A stretch of DNA of 64,000 nucleotides. Source: an uncultured delta proteobacterium. GTDB taxonomy: Bacteria > Myxococcota_A > Polyangia > Haliangiales > Haliangiaceae. Each line of letters opens with the position of its first letter. Within the stretch, counting starts at the first letter, position 1. A program made the position numbers and the translations under genes. The stretch spans positions 64,001-128,000 of the forward strand of contig CAWKDB010000011.1 in assembly GCA_963848295.1 (NCBI GenBank), read 5' to 3'. This document shows positions 31,246 to 41,281 of this stretch, piece after piece. A model generated the notes under the pieces. It did not search any database, had not been told where the DNA came from, and was given only the letters and a program-made list of their open reading frames with translations.

Positions 31246-31815
31246 ATGGCCTCCAGCGACGTCTTGGTCTGGCTCGACATGGAGATGACCGGGCTCGATC
31301 CCGAGCGCGAGAAGATCATCGAGATGGCGACGATTCTCACCGACGGCGAGCTCAACGAGCTCGCGATCGGCCCCGATGTCGTGATCCATCAGCCGGACGA
31401 CGTGCTCGCCGCGATGGACGACTGGAACACGAAGCATCACGGTGCCTCCGGCCTGACCGAACGCGTACGAACCTCGACGATCACGACCGCCGACGCCGAG
31501 GCGCAGACGATCGCGTTCATCAACCTCCACGTCTCCGCGAAGGACCGCCCGGTGCTGGCCGGTAACTCGATCCATCAGGATCGTAGGTTCGTGCGCCGAT
31601 ACATGCCGGCGTTCGAGCTTCGCCTGCACTACCGGATGGTCGATGTCTCGACGGTCAAAGAGCTCGCGCGGCGCTGGTATCCGCAAGTCGCGAACAAGCA
31701 ACCGCAGAAGAAAGAGACCCATCGCGCCCTCGACGACATCCGCGAGTCGATCGACGAGCTGCGGTTCTATCGAGCGCACATCTTCGCGCCCAGGGCGCCC
31801 AGGCCGGCGCCGTGA
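31246..31815 (+). CDS. orn: Oligoribonuclease
   Basis: [47 protein letters not shown]. Confidence 0.96.
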   Translation: MASSDVLVWLDMEMTGLDPEREKIIEMATILTDGELNELAIGPDVVIHQPDDVLAAMDDWNTKHHGASGLTERVRTSTITTADAEAQTIAFINLHVSAKDRPVLAGNSIHQDRRFVRRYMPAFELRLHYRMVDVSTVKELARRWYPQVANKQPQKKETHRALDDIRESIDELRFYRAHIFAPRAPRPAP

Positions 31816-33203
31816 AAGACACGCTCGCGATGATCATGGCCGGCGGCAAGGGCGCGCGGCTCGGGCCGCTGACCATCCACCGCTCCAAGCCCGGGGTCCC
31901 GTTCGCCGGTCGCTACCGGATCATCGACTTCGTGCTGTCGAACTTCGTGAACTCCGGCTACCGCCGGATCTACGTGCTGACGCAGTATATGTCGTCGAGC
32001 CTGATCAAGCATCTGTCGCGCAACTGGCGGCTGTCCGCGTTCGGCGAGTTCATCGAGGTCGTGCCGGCGCAGATGCGGCTCGGCGAGTTCTGGTATCGCG
32101 GCACGGCCGACGCGGTCTATCAGAACCTCAACCTCGTGCGCGATTCGCGCTCGGCGCATGTCGCGGTGTTCGGCGGCGATCACGTCTACAAGTTCGCCAT
32201 CGATCAGATGGACGAGCAGCATCGCGATCGGCTCGCCGATCTCACCGTCGCGGGGTTTCCGGTACCCACCGCCGAGGCGAGCGGGTTCGGCATCATCGAC
32301 GTCGATGACAGCGGGCGGATCATCGGGTTCGTCGAGAAGCCGGCGCACCCACCGGAGATGCCGGGGCGGCCCGGATGGTCGCTGGTGTCGATGGGCAACT
32401 ACATCTTCAAGCGCGATGTGCTCGAGCGCGTGCTGACCGGCGACGGCGTTGATCGTCAGTCGCATCACGATTTCGGCCGGGACATCATCCCGCGGCTCGT
32501 CGCCGAGGGCGCGCGGGTGTTCGTCTACGACTTTGCACAGAACCGAATTCCCGGCGAGCCCGAGGGCTCGTCGCCGTACTGGCGCGACGTCGGCACGATC
32601 GATTCGTACTTCACCGCGAACATGGAGCTGCGGGCGCGCGTGCCGGCGCTCGATCTCTACAATCGCAGCTGGCGGATCCGCAGCGCACAACGCGAGTACC
32701 CGCCCGCGCGGTTCGTGCGCGCCGGTGAAGGCTTCCCTCCCGCCGAGGTCGACGACAGCCTCGTGTGCGAGGGATCGATCGTCGCATCGGCCGCGGTGCG
32801 GGAGACCGTGCTCGGCTACGATTGCTTCGTGCACGCCGGCGCGGTGGTCGAAGATTCGATCGTGCTGTCCGGTTGTGATATCGGCCGCGGTGCCCGCTTG
32901 CGGCGGGTGTTGCTCGACAAGAACTGCAAGATCGAGCCGGGCTGCGTCATCGGCGAGGATCCGGTCGCGGATAGCGAGCGGTTTCCGTTCGTGACCGAAT
33001 CGGGAATCGTCGTCGTGCCGAAGGGTACGCTCGTGCCGGCCACCGGGCCGTGCGTGCTCGCGAACGACGTCGCGGATCTACTCGAGAACGAGCCGGAGCT
33101 CGCCGAAAAGCTCAAGTCCGGCTCGTTCGTGGTGTCGAAGCTGACCCGTCACAGCTACGAGTCCGCCGGTCCGCGGTTCAAGCGCTATGGCGAAGTGACC
33201 TGA
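31812..33203 (+). CDS. glgC: Glucose-1-phosphate adenylyltransferase
   Basis: [53 protein letters not shown]. Confidence 0.95.
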   Translation: MKDTLAMIMAGGKGARLGPLTIHRSKPGVPFAGRYRIIDFVLSNFVNSGYRRIYVLTQYMSSSLIKHLSRNWRLSAFGEFIEVVPAQMRLGEFWYRGTADAVYQNLNLVRDSRSAHVAVFGGDHVYKFAIDQMDEQHRDRLADLTVAGFPVPTAEASGFGIIDVDDSGRIIGFVEKPAHPPEMPGRPGWSLVSMGNYIFKRDVLERVLTGDGVDRQSHHDFGRDIIPRLVAEGARVFVYDFAQNRIPGEPEGSSPYWRDVGTIDSYFTANMELRARVPALDLYNRSWRIRSAQREYPPARFVRAGEGFPPAEVDDSLVCEGSIVASAAVRETVLGYDCFVHAGAVVEDSIVLSGCDIGRGARLRRVLLDKNCKIEPGCVIGEDPVADSERFPFVTESGIVVVPKGTLVPATGPCVLANDVADLLENEPELAEKLKSGSFVVSKLTRHSYESAGPRFKRYGEVT

Positions 33204-33205
33204 CG

Positions 33206-34681
33206 TTGCGAGTCGTCCACGTCGCAAGCGAGCTCGCACCGTTCGCCCAATCGGGCGGGCTCGCCGACGTGCTCGCCGGGCTGCCGGCGGCGCTCGCCGA
33301 AAGCCACGGGCTCGACGTCGCGGTGGTCGTCCCGCTGTACCGGGGAGCCGCCGACAAGATCGCCAGCGCCGGGCTCGCGCTCGGGCCGGCGCAGCCGATC
33401 GCGCTGGAGCTCGGGCCGCATTCGCTGACCGCCGCGATTCGCAAGGTCACGGTCGGCCGCGTCGCGATCGGCTTCCTCGAATGCGCGGCACTCTACGATC
33501 GCGGCGGGACGCTCTACGGCCCCGGTGGCACGGGCGAGTTTGGCGACAACCACGTGCGGTTCGGCGCGCTCGGCAAGGCGGCGCTTATTGCGGGCCCGTT
33601 GCTGCTGGGCGGTGCGACCGACGTGCTCCACGTCCACGACTGGCAGGCGGCACCCGCCGCGATCTTCGCGCAGGTCGCCGGGCGCTCGGCGGCGCGCGCG
33701 ATCGTGACGACGATCCACAACCTCGCCTTCCGCGGCATCTTCCCGAAATCCGCGATGGACGAGCTCGGACTGCCGTGGTCGCTGTTCGATCAGCACCACC
33801 TCGAGTTCTACGACCAGGTGTGCTTGCTCAAAGGCGGGCTCGCGGTCGCCGATGCGGTCACGACCGTGAGCCCGAGCTACGCGCGAGAGATCCTCACGCC
33901 CGAGCGCGGTGAAGCGCTCGACGGTTTCTTGCGCTGGAACGTCAAACGCCTGGTCGGCATCGTCAACGGGATCGATGCGCGCGCGTGGAATCCCGCGACC
34001 GACACCGCGATCGCCGCGCCGTTTTCCCGCGGCGATCTGAGCGGCAAGGCGGCGTGTCGCCGCGCGCTCGAGGTCGAGCTCGGCTTCGCACCGAGCGATC
34101 CGCGCCCGATCATCGGCGTGATCTCGCGACTCGCCGAACAGAAGGGCGTCGATCTCGTCGCCGACATCGCCCCGGAGCTGTCCCGGATCGGTGCGCGCCT
34201 CGTCGTACTTGGCGCAGGTGATCCCGCACTCGAAGCACGATTCCGGTGGCTCGCCGAAACTTTCACCGACCACGTCGCCGTCCGCATCGGTTTCGATCCC
34301 GCGCTCGCCCGCCGGATCTACGCCGGCAGTGATCTGTTCGCGATGCCTTCACGGTTCGAGCCATGCGGGCTGGGCCAGCTCTATGCGATGCGTTATGGCT
34401 CGATCCCGATCGTGCACGCGGTCGGGGGCCTGCGCGATACGGTGGTCGATCCACCTCCGACCGGCGATCAGCGCGATCACGAGCTCGCGCTCGGCAGGCG
34501 CACCGGGATTCGATTCGACTCGATCACATCCGCGGGACTGATCGCCGCGATCGAGCGCGGCGTCGCGATTGTCCGGGATCCGGACAACCATCGCGCGGTC
34601 GTGGGCGCTGCGATGGCGCGTGACTCGTCGTGGACAGCGTCGGCGCAGCAGTACGTCCAGCTCTATCGTTCGCTGACCTAG
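33206..34681 (+). CDS. glgA: Glycogen synthase
   Basis: VASELAPFAQSGGLADV, HVHDWQ, TIHNLAF.G, TTVSPSYA, MPSRFEPCGLGQLYAMRYG; TTG start inferred. Confidence 0.93.
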   Translation: MRVVHVASELAPFAQSGGLADVLAGLPAALAESHGLDVAVVVPLYRGAADKIASAGLALGPAQPIALELGPHSLTAAIRKVTVGRVAIGFLECAALYDRGGTLYGPGGTGEFGDNHVRFGALGKAALIAGPLLLGGATDVLHVHDWQAAPAAIFAQVAGRSAARAIVTTIHNLAFRGIFPKSAMDELGLPWSLFDQHHLEFYDQVCLLKGGLAVADAVTTVSPSYAREILTPERGEALDGFLRWNVKRLVGIVNGIDARAWNPATDTAIAAPFSRGDLSGKAACRRALEVELGFAPSDPRPIIGVISRLAEQKGVDLVADIAPELSRIGARLVVLGAGDPALEARFRWLAETFTDHVAVRIGFDPALARRIYAGSDLFAMPSRFEPCGLGQLYAMRYGSIPIVHAVGGLRDTVVDPPPTGDQRDHELALGRRTGIRFDSITSAGLIAAIERGVAIVRDPDNHRAVVGAAMARDSSWTASAQQYVQLYRSLT

Positions 34682-34683
34682 CC

Positions 34684-34793
34684 GTCCGGTGGCCGGACGA
34701 ACACGCATGAGAGGTGTCCGGTGAGCGGACAAGGCTGTCCGGTTGGCGGCCCGACCTGTCCGGTCGGCGGACACTTCAGTCCGGTCCTCGGAC
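34684..34793. repeat. Array of five palindromes GTCCG-GTNNN-CGG(A/C)C with 21-bp period
   Basis: Copies start at 34684, 34716, 34737, 34758 and 34779. Confidence 0.9.
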
Positions 34794-34851
34794 CTCGAAA
34801 GTGTGCGCTGCCGCTCAGTCGGATGGTGACGCGCTGCGCTGTGATGGACCC

Positions 34852-35018
34852 TGTCGACAAGTCCTGTTTTAGGGCCGGTTATTCACAAGCCGTTTCGACC
34901 CTAAGAGCTTGATTTGTCAGGAACCGTTACCGGCCCGGGATCGCGTGTGAATAAGTTGTGATCCCGGTGTGCCGCCATGCCTCGGGAGCGACGGAGCTTC
35001 AATAACTTAGCACATATG
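34852..35018. promoter_or_regulatory. DnaA-box / IHF-site cluster (oriC-like or datA/DARS-like)
   Basis: TTATTCACA 34879-34887; TGTGAATAA 34946-34954; degenerate TGTCGACAA 34852-34860; IHF consensus AATCAAGCTCTTA on the minus strand at 34902-34914. Confidence 0.55.
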
Positions 35019-35106
35019 TCGCGGGATGTAGGTGATAGCCGCAGATCACCCCGCAGGTGGCCTATTTCGGGCCCATTTCGGGCGGCCCCGCCCGCCCGTC
35101 CGGAGG

Positions 35107-36078
35107 TCACCGCGCTGCGCTGCCGGAGCCGTCTGCTGCGCTGCCTGGGGCGGGCGGAGATAGCCCGCCATCGATCGCGGCAGCACCGGCGTCGCCGCCA
35201 GCGGGCTCGTTGGCGAGTCTGGCGAGGTTGCACGCGTCCTGATCTTTCGCGTCGCACGCGCGAGCGAGCAACCGCTTGCCACGCTCCACGTCTTTCGGGA
35301 CGCCGACGCCCTGTAGCACCATCCCGCCGAGGACTCGACAACCGATCGGATCGGCGGGGACACAGGCGCGCTCTAGCCACATCGCGGCTGCGCTCGTGCT
35401 CTTCGGTAGGCCGATGCCCTCGAGGTACAAGAGGCCGATCTGGCGACACGCCGTCGGATCGCCGGCATCGCAGCCTTGCTTGTAGTGACCGACCGCCAGT
35501 TTCCATCGCGCCGGCGCTCCTTGGGTCGCGAGCATCGCATCGAGATCGCCAGCGTTCGTGCATGCGAGCGGCACCGCACCCTTGCACGCTTTGTCGAGCA
35601 GCGCGTCCGCCCGATTGAGATCCGCCGGCGTGCCGCGACCATCGCGCAGCAGCAAGCCGAGGTTGCGACACGCGAGCTTGTAGCCGCCGTCGCAGGCCTT
35701 TTGATAGACCTCGACCGCGCGCGGAATATTGCGCTCGATTCCCATGCCTTCGGCGAGTGCGAACGCGAGGTTGTTGCACGCCGACATGTTGCCGCCTGTA
35801 CACGCCTGGGCGAACAGCGCTGCCGCGCGCCGTTGATCGTGCGACACGCCGATGCCTTCGGCGTACATCACGCCGAGGTTGCGACACGCTTCGAGATCGC
35901 CCGCTACACACTTGCGATCGAACCGCGACGCTAGCTCGGCCGGATCGCTCGGGCCGGCATCCGCCGGGTTCCGCGCATCGTCCGACACCTTGTGCGAACC
36001 GCCTTTGCACGCCGCCGCCGCCAGGAACACCGCGACGAGCGCGAGCGCGAGCGGCGATCGGCGCGGCGCTTCGCTCAT
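35107..36078 (-). CDS. Sel1-like repeat lipoprotein
   Basis: Lipobox AAAC; repeated AC.NLG.MY..G.GV..D...A..L...AC units. Confidence 0.88.
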   Translation of the reverse strand: MSEAPRRSPLALALVAVFLAAAACKGGSHKVSDDARNPADAGPSDPAELASRFDRKCVAGDLEACRNLGVMYAEGIGVSHDQRRAAALFAQACTGGNMSACNNLAFALAEGMGIERNIPRAVEVYQKACDGGYKLACRNLGLLLRDGRGTPADLNRADALLDKACKGAVPLACTNAGDLDAMLATQGAPARWKLAVGHYKQGCDAGDPTACRQIGLLYLEGIGLPKSTSAAAMWLERACVPADPIGCRVLGGMVLQGVGVPKDVERGKRLLARACDAKDQDACNLARLANEPAGGDAGAAAIDGGLSPPAPGSAADGSGSAAR

Positions 36079-36098
36079 CGCTGCTGTCCTAGCACGAT

Positions 36099-37622
36099 TC
36101 ACCGCTCGACCGCGTGAACGACGCGGGCATACGCGGCGTCGACCGACGGACCGCCGTGCGGCACGAGCGACAGCGCGGCGAACGCGGCGACCGCGACTCC
36201 GATCGCGATCGCGAGCCCGCGCAAGCCACACACCCGCTGGATGCCGCGGCCGAGCAACCAACCGACGATCGCGAGAAACGGCGCGATGGCGAGCCACGCC
36301 GGGAGGCCGCACGCCGAGCCGAGGTTCGGAGCGAACAGGCCGGCGGCGACGAGCCGGAACGTGATCTCGAACAGCGGGTGCTTGAATGCCTCGGGCCAGT
36401 ACGGGAACGTCGCCGAGCTCAGGCTATAGACGACGACACCGATCACCATCAGCCCGGCCGCCGCGCCGAACGCGAGCGGGCGATCGGCGAGCGCGGCGAG
36501 CATCGCGGCGACGAGCGGCAGCAGGAACGGCAGCATCGCGGTGAGGTAGCGCGGCCCGACCTCCCAGCCGGCGCGCCAGAACCCGATCGATGTCACGAAC
36601 CACAAGAACGCGGTGAACACGACGAGCGCCATCACCGCGACGCTGCGGTCGCCGCGACGCCACATGATGACCGCGCCCGGAAATGCGAGCGCCAACCACG
36701 GCGCCAGCGTGAACAGGCCGTTGTCGGGCGCGATCATCGTGCCGTACAGCGCGTCGAGATGCGGTCGGGTCATACCGAGGAAGCCGTGGTCGTGATCTTT
36801 CGCGTACGTCAGCGCGTGCCCGTAGCCGGTGCTGAACGGGCCGCCGAAGCATCGGCTGTGATACTCGAGCAACAGCGCGAGCGGGATCGCCGCCGCGACC
36901 GCTGCGATGGCTATCGCGCGCACCAACTCGGCCCGCGGCCACCGCCAGATCCGGACGAGCGCCCACACCGCGACCGGCGGGATCGCGAACGCCGCCTCGT
37001 AGTCGACCAGCACCGCGGCGCCGGCGAGAAACCCGGCCGCCGCGAGCGCGACCAGCCCGCGGCGACGATCGGCGACGTCGGCCGCGAGGATCCACGCGCC
37101 GCCGACGCACACCGCGCTCAACTGGTGCGAGTAGAACAGCAGCGCATACGTCATCGCGAGCGAGCCGAGCGCGTACGTGATCACGACGAGTCGACGGATG
37201 TCGGGATCGGGCGCGAACCGCTCGAGGAACCCGAACAGCAACCATAGAAACAGGAGCGACGGCACCACGCTGGTGACGATCCGGCACAACGCCATCGACG
37301 CTTCGAGCCCGGGCTCGCCCGCGATCCAGCGCACCGCCGCGTAGACGGGAACGGCGAGCAGCGACGAGCCCGGCGCCTTGTTCTGGTACATGTGGCCGTT
37401 GTGCCCCGCGAGGTCCGGCGACCAGTCGTAGCGCTGGACTTCGCGGTCGACCGAGAACGTGTGGTCCTCGACGATCGCCTTAACGAGATAAACACGCGGC
37501 AGCTCGTTCGCGCTGTGGATCCGCGGGAAGTACGGGAACACATACAGATACGCGCAGGCGATCGCGATCAGCCAGCCGTGGCGAGCTAGCAGCGAACGGA
37601 GCCGGACGGCCGAGACGGGCAC
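36099..37622 (-). CDS. Polytopic membrane protein, probable GT-C-fold glycosyltransferase
   Basis: Roughly a dozen hydrophobic segments; periplasmic loop SANELPR...DLA...NKAPGSSLLAVP; late GPRYL motif. Confidence 0.6.
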   Translation of the reverse strand: MPVSAVRLRSLLARHGWLIAIACAYLYVFPYFPRIHSANELPRVYLVKAIVEDHTFSVDREVQRYDWSPDLAGHNGHMYQNKAPGSSLLAVPVYAAVRWIAGEPGLEASMALCRIVTSVVPSLLFLWLLFGFLERFAPDPDIRRLVVITYALGSLAMTYALLFYSHQLSAVCVGGAWILAADVADRRRGLVALAAAGFLAGAAVLVDYEAAFAIPPVAVWALVRIWRWPRAELVRAIAIAAVAAAIPLALLLEYHSRCFGGPFSTGYGHALTYAKDHDHGFLGMTRPHLDALYGTMIAPDNGLFTLAPWLALAFPGAVIMWRRGDRSVAVMALVVFTAFLWFVTSIGFWRAGWEVGPRYLTAMLPFLLPLVAAMLAALADRPLAFGAAAGLMVIGVVVYSLSSATFPYWPEAFKHPLFEITFRLVAAGLFAPNLGSACGLPAWLAIAPFLAIVGWLLGRGIQRVCGLRGLAIAIGVAVAAFAALSLVPHGGPSVDAAYARVVHAVER

Positions 37623-37687
37623 GCTAACCTCGATCGTGATACCACCAACTCGACCTGTGATGCCGTTGTTCCCGCAGGAGTCGCCGC

Positions 37688-40507
37688 GTGGCTGAGCGCG
37701 CGTATCGCTCGCTGCGCCAGGCAGCGAGCGCCGACGTCGATCGCGCGATCGCGATGACCGCGGTCGGCGCCGCGCTGTTCGCCGGCGTCGAGCTCGTGCT
37801 GACCTGGTGGACGTACTGGGGCTCGATCGAGCTCGGCAGCGACATCCGGCTGGTCGCGCTCGTCGCGACGCTGTCGCTCGGACTCTGGCTCGGGCTGGCC
37901 GTGATCACCGCCGGTGCGATGATCGCGACGCGGCTCGCGCTCGCGCTGTTCGATCCGATCGCGGCGCGCGGTCCGGGTTGGTTCGTGGCGACGCCGATGC
38001 GCGACGGTGTCCGCCGGGGCGTACCGCGGCTGTGGGCGATGTGCGGCACCGCCGGTGTCATCGCCGTGGTGATGCAGCGCGAAGCGACCGCGGCGATCGT
38101 CAATCACAAGGACGCGCCGCTCATCGCGGTCTATGTCGCCGGCTACACGCTCGTCGCGATCGCGATCGCGGTGCCGATCGGCTACGTGTTTCGCGTCGCC
38201 GCCGACGCTGCAGCCAAAGCGCTCGCGCCGATGCTCGGCGCGTTCAACCCACTCGGCCGCTGGCGCGCCGGCGGCGTCGCGCTCGCCGCGGTGTTCGCCG
38301 GCGGCCTCGCGGCGGTGTGGTTCGTACTTCCCGACAGCCGGTCGTATCTTTCGATCCGCCTCGCGATCTCCGGCGTGACGATCGCGCTCGGGATGGGGAT
38401 CGGCGCGCGCCTGCACGCGCGACATCGGCCGCGACGGCGCACGAAGCGGCGTGCCCTCGCGATCGCCGGCGCCGCGCTCGTGCTGTCGGTCGGTACGCTG
38501 TGGCAGTGGGGCGGCGATCAGGCGACCAAGGGCATCGCGATCACGGCGTCGCCCGCGCTCGAGAAGCTGATCAACTACGTCCGGATCGCGAACGATCTCG
38601 ATGGCGACGGTTTCGGTTCGTTGCTCGGCGAGAACGACTGCGCGCCGTTCGACGCGTCGATCCACCCGGGCGCGAAGGACATCCCCGACGACGGCATCGA
38701 TCAGAACTGCGACGGCCACGACTTCTCGCTGCGCTCCGCGATCGAGCCCACGGACCCGAGCCTGCCGGTGCCGGCTCAGTTCAAGCGGAAGGATTGGAAC
38801 TTCCTGTTCATCACCGTCGACACGCTGCGCTACGATCACACGACGTTCGGCGGCTACAAAGACGCGCCGAAGCACCGCGACACGACGCCGCGGCTCGCCG
38901 AGTTCGTCAAGCAGTCGACCTCGTTCACGTTCTGCAACGCGCCGTCGGCCGGCACGATGGCCTCGATCCCCGCGATCATCACGTCAAAGTATTTTCACTC
39001 CGGGATCGCGCTCGACGAGAACGTGCCGCGCGGTGCGCCGCCGCGGCTCAAGCCCGAGAACACCCTGCTGATGGAGATCATGAAGCGCGGCGGCTATCAC
39101 ACCGGCGTGATCGCGTCGCACGAATACTGGAACGACTGGGGCATGGACCAAGGGGTCGACGATTACGACAACTCGATCGGCAAGACGCCGGATCCGTATC
39201 GCGTCGCCGCCGACAAGGTCACCGACCACGCGCTCGCCTGGATCACGCGCCAGCAAGGCCGCAAGTGGTTCCTGTGGGCGCACTACATCGATCCGCACGG
39301 CCGTTACGTCGCGCACCCCGATGTCGTCGACTACGGCTCGAGCGAGCCCGATCTCTACGACGCCGAGATCCGCTGGACCGATCAGGAGATCGGCCGTCTG
39401 TTCGACAACCTCGCGCGCATGCCGAGCAACGAGATCTCGCATACGATCATCGTGCTCACGAGCGATCACGGCGACAGCATGGCCGAGCACAACGTGCCGC
39501 TCGGCACTCACGGCACCGCGCTGTACTTCGAGCTGCAGCACGTCCCGATGATCTTCTACGTCCCGGACAACGCGCCGCACCTGATCAATGGTGCGGTGTC
39601 CAACCTCGACATCGTGCCGACGATCGCGGAGCTCGCGGGCATCGACGTCCACGACCTGTCGTTCGAGGGCAAGAGCGAGGTGCCCGCGATCTTCTACGGC
39701 AAGTCCAACCCCGACCGCATCGTGTTCGCCGAGACCAACTTGCCGAGTCCTCAGCGCGCGGCGATCTCGCAGTACTACAAGTTGATCTATCACATGCACT
39801 CGAACCTGTACGAGCTGTTCGATCTCAAGGCCGATCCGACGGAGCACAACAACCTCGCGCCGAAGCATCCGCCGGCGTTCTACACGATGAAGGCCGCGCT
39901 CGATCAATGGCTCGAGCGCGTCGTCTACTCGCGCGATCCGTTGTTCAACCAACAGACCGAGCGGATCCGCGACGTGCTGCTCGCCGGCCCGCCCGCGCCG
40001 CCGGTCGCGACCACCGGCCAGACGATCGCCGACGGCAAGCTCGTGGTCGCCGGCATCGGCATCGCCGAAAACCAGCAGCTCATGCCCGGCGGCAAGGCCG
40101 ACATCCAGGTGTACTTCTCGACGCGCGAGCACACCGACGCGATCTACAAGCTACAACTCGTGGTCTGGCCGATCGACGCCGGCCGTGTCGCGACCGATCC
40201 GGTGCCAGCGAACGCGGTGCGCACCCCATCGCGCCTGACCGCGGACGGCTTCTTCCCGACCGATCGGTGGCGGACCGGCGAGACGATCCGCGAACGGTTC
40301 CCGGTGACGATCCCAGCGACGTGGACCGGCGCGCTCGTGGTCGGACTGGTCGCCACCGAGACCACCGGCGTCAGGGCAGTCGCGACGGGCGCGGCGCCGG
40401 TCAACGACCCCACGCTCGAGATCCTCGGCACCCTGCCCTTGCCGGCCAGGCCAGGCCTGTTACCGGCGGAGCCAGGATCGGGAAGCTCGGGGACCGCCGG
40501 CCCGTAG
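37688..40507 (+). CDS. Membrane sulfatase-like hydrolase/transferase (alkaline phosphatase superfamily) with MopE-like metal-binding motif
   Basis: N-terminal TMs; DLDGDGF...DC...IHPGAKDIPDDGIDQNCDG; ITVDTLRYDH, HYIDPH, YDAEIR, SDHG, ELFDLKADP.E. Confidence 0.85.
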   Translation: MAERAYRSLRQAASADVDRAIAMTAVGAALFAGVELVLTWWTYWGSIELGSDIRLVALVATLSLGLWLGLAVITAGAMIATRLALALFDPIAARGPGWFVATPMRDGVRRGVPRLWAMCGTAGVIAVVMQREATAAIVNHKDAPLIAVYVAGYTLVAIAIAVPIGYVFRVAADAAAKALAPMLGAFNPLGRWRAGGVALAAVFAGGLAAVWFVLPDSRSYLSIRLAISGVTIALGMGIGARLHARHRPRRRTKRRALAIAGAALVLSVGTLWQWGGDQATKGIAITASPALEKLINYVRIANDLDGDGFGSLLGENDCAPFDASIHPGAKDIPDDGIDQNCDGHDFSLRSAIEPTDPSLPVPAQFKRKDWNFLFITVDTLRYDHTTFGGYKDAPKHRDTTPRLAEFVKQSTSFTFCNAPSAGTMASIPAIITSKYFHSGIALDENVPRGAPPRLKPENTLLMEIMKRGGYHTGVIASHEYWNDWGMDQGVDDYDNSIGKTPDPYRVAADKVTDHALAWITRQQGRKWFLWAHYIDPHGRYVAHPDVVDYGSSEPDLYDAEIRWTDQEIGRLFDNLARMPSNEISHTIIVLTSDHGDSMAEHNVPLGTHGTALYFELQHVPMIFYVPDNAPHLINGAVSNLDIVPTIAELAGIDVHDLSFEGKSEVPAIFYGKSNPDRIVFAETNLPSPQRAAISQYYKLIYHMHSNLYELFDLKADPTEHNNLAPKHPPAFYTMKAALDQWLERVVYSRDPLFNQQTERIRDVLLAGPPAPPVATTGQTIADGKLVVAGIGIAENQQLMPGGKADIQVYFSTREHTDAIYKLQLVVWPIDAGRVATDPVPANAVRTPSRLTADGFFPTDRWRTGETIRERFPVTIPATWTGALVVGLVATETTGVRAVATGAAPVNDPTLEILGTLPLPARPGLLPAEPGSGSSGTAGP

Positions 40508-40519
40508 TAAGCTCACGCC

Positions 40520-41275
40520 ATGCCCGGGTACTACGACCTCGCGAACGTGTTCGCCGAGCACATCCGGATGTCGGAGGCCGAGGGGACACGGGTCTACGAG
40601 CCGGTCATCGCGGTCGTCACGGACAACAAAGATCCGCAGAAGATCGGCCGCGTCAAAGTGAAGGTCCCGGTGCTGTCGATGGACGACACCACGTTCTGGG
40701 CTCCGATCATCATGTTGGGCGCCGGCAAGAATCGCGGCTGGTTCTTCATCCCCGAGATCGACGACGAAGTGCTCGTGATCTTCGAGCACGGCGAGATGAA
40801 TCGCCCGCTGGTCGTGGGTGCGCTGTGGAACGGCAAGGACAAGCCGAGCGACAAGAACGGGCAAGGCGACAAGAACCCGCATCGCGTCATCAAGTCGCGC
40901 AGCGGCTCGCGAGTCATGCTCGACGACAGCGATTCGCCACAGGTGATGATCGAAGACGGCGATGGCAAGGGCCGGATCACGCTCGACGCGAAGAACAACA
41001 AGATCATCATCGAGGCGCTCGTCGGCGACGTGTGCTTTCAGTCGCCAGCCGATGATATGACGATCGTCGCGAAGTCAGCCGAGCTCACCGCGAAGCAGAA
41101 CCTCGAGATCAACGCCGGCTCGGCGATGGCGTGGGGCACCGACGCCACCGCGAAGATCAACGGCCAGTCCGTGACCCTGTCGGGCGCGACCGTGAATCTC
41201 AACTGCGGCAACTCGAAGGCACCGGCCGCGCCGCAAGCAACTCCAGCCGACGTCGCCGACCCCTACGGCTCGTAG
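40520..41275 (+). CDS. Phage baseplate V / Gp5 OB-fold (VgrG C-terminal) spike protein
   Basis: AVVTDNKDPQKIGRVKV...WA......AG.NRG.FFIPEIDDEVLV.FEHG...RP.VVGALWNG, followed by beta-helix-type repeats. Confidence 0.88.
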   Translation: MPGYYDLANVFAEHIRMSEAEGTRVYEPVIAVVTDNKDPQKIGRVKVKVPVLSMDDTTFWAPIIMLGAGKNRGWFFIPEIDDEVLVIFEHGEMNRPLVVGALWNGKDKPSDKNGQGDKNPHRVIKSRSGSRVMLDDSDSPQVMIEDGDGKGRITLDAKNNKIIIEALVGDVCFQSPADDMTIVAKSAELTAKQNLEINAGSAMAWGTDATAKINGQSVTLSGATVNLNCGNSKAPAAPQATPADVADPYGS

Positions 41276-41281
41276 CCGCGG

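Noticed and set aside
34684..34793. Mini-CRISPR interpretation of the palindrome array
   Set aside because: Repeats are 15 bp with mostly 6-bp linkers, far too short for spacers, and no cas genes are present.
34678..34912. Short ORFs with PPTGQ / CPVGG repeats
   Set aside because: By-products of the 21-bp DNA periodicity; no RBS or coding-type codon bias.
34995..35030. dif site
   Set aside because: No match to the XerC/XerD arms (no TTATGTTAAA-like half-site).
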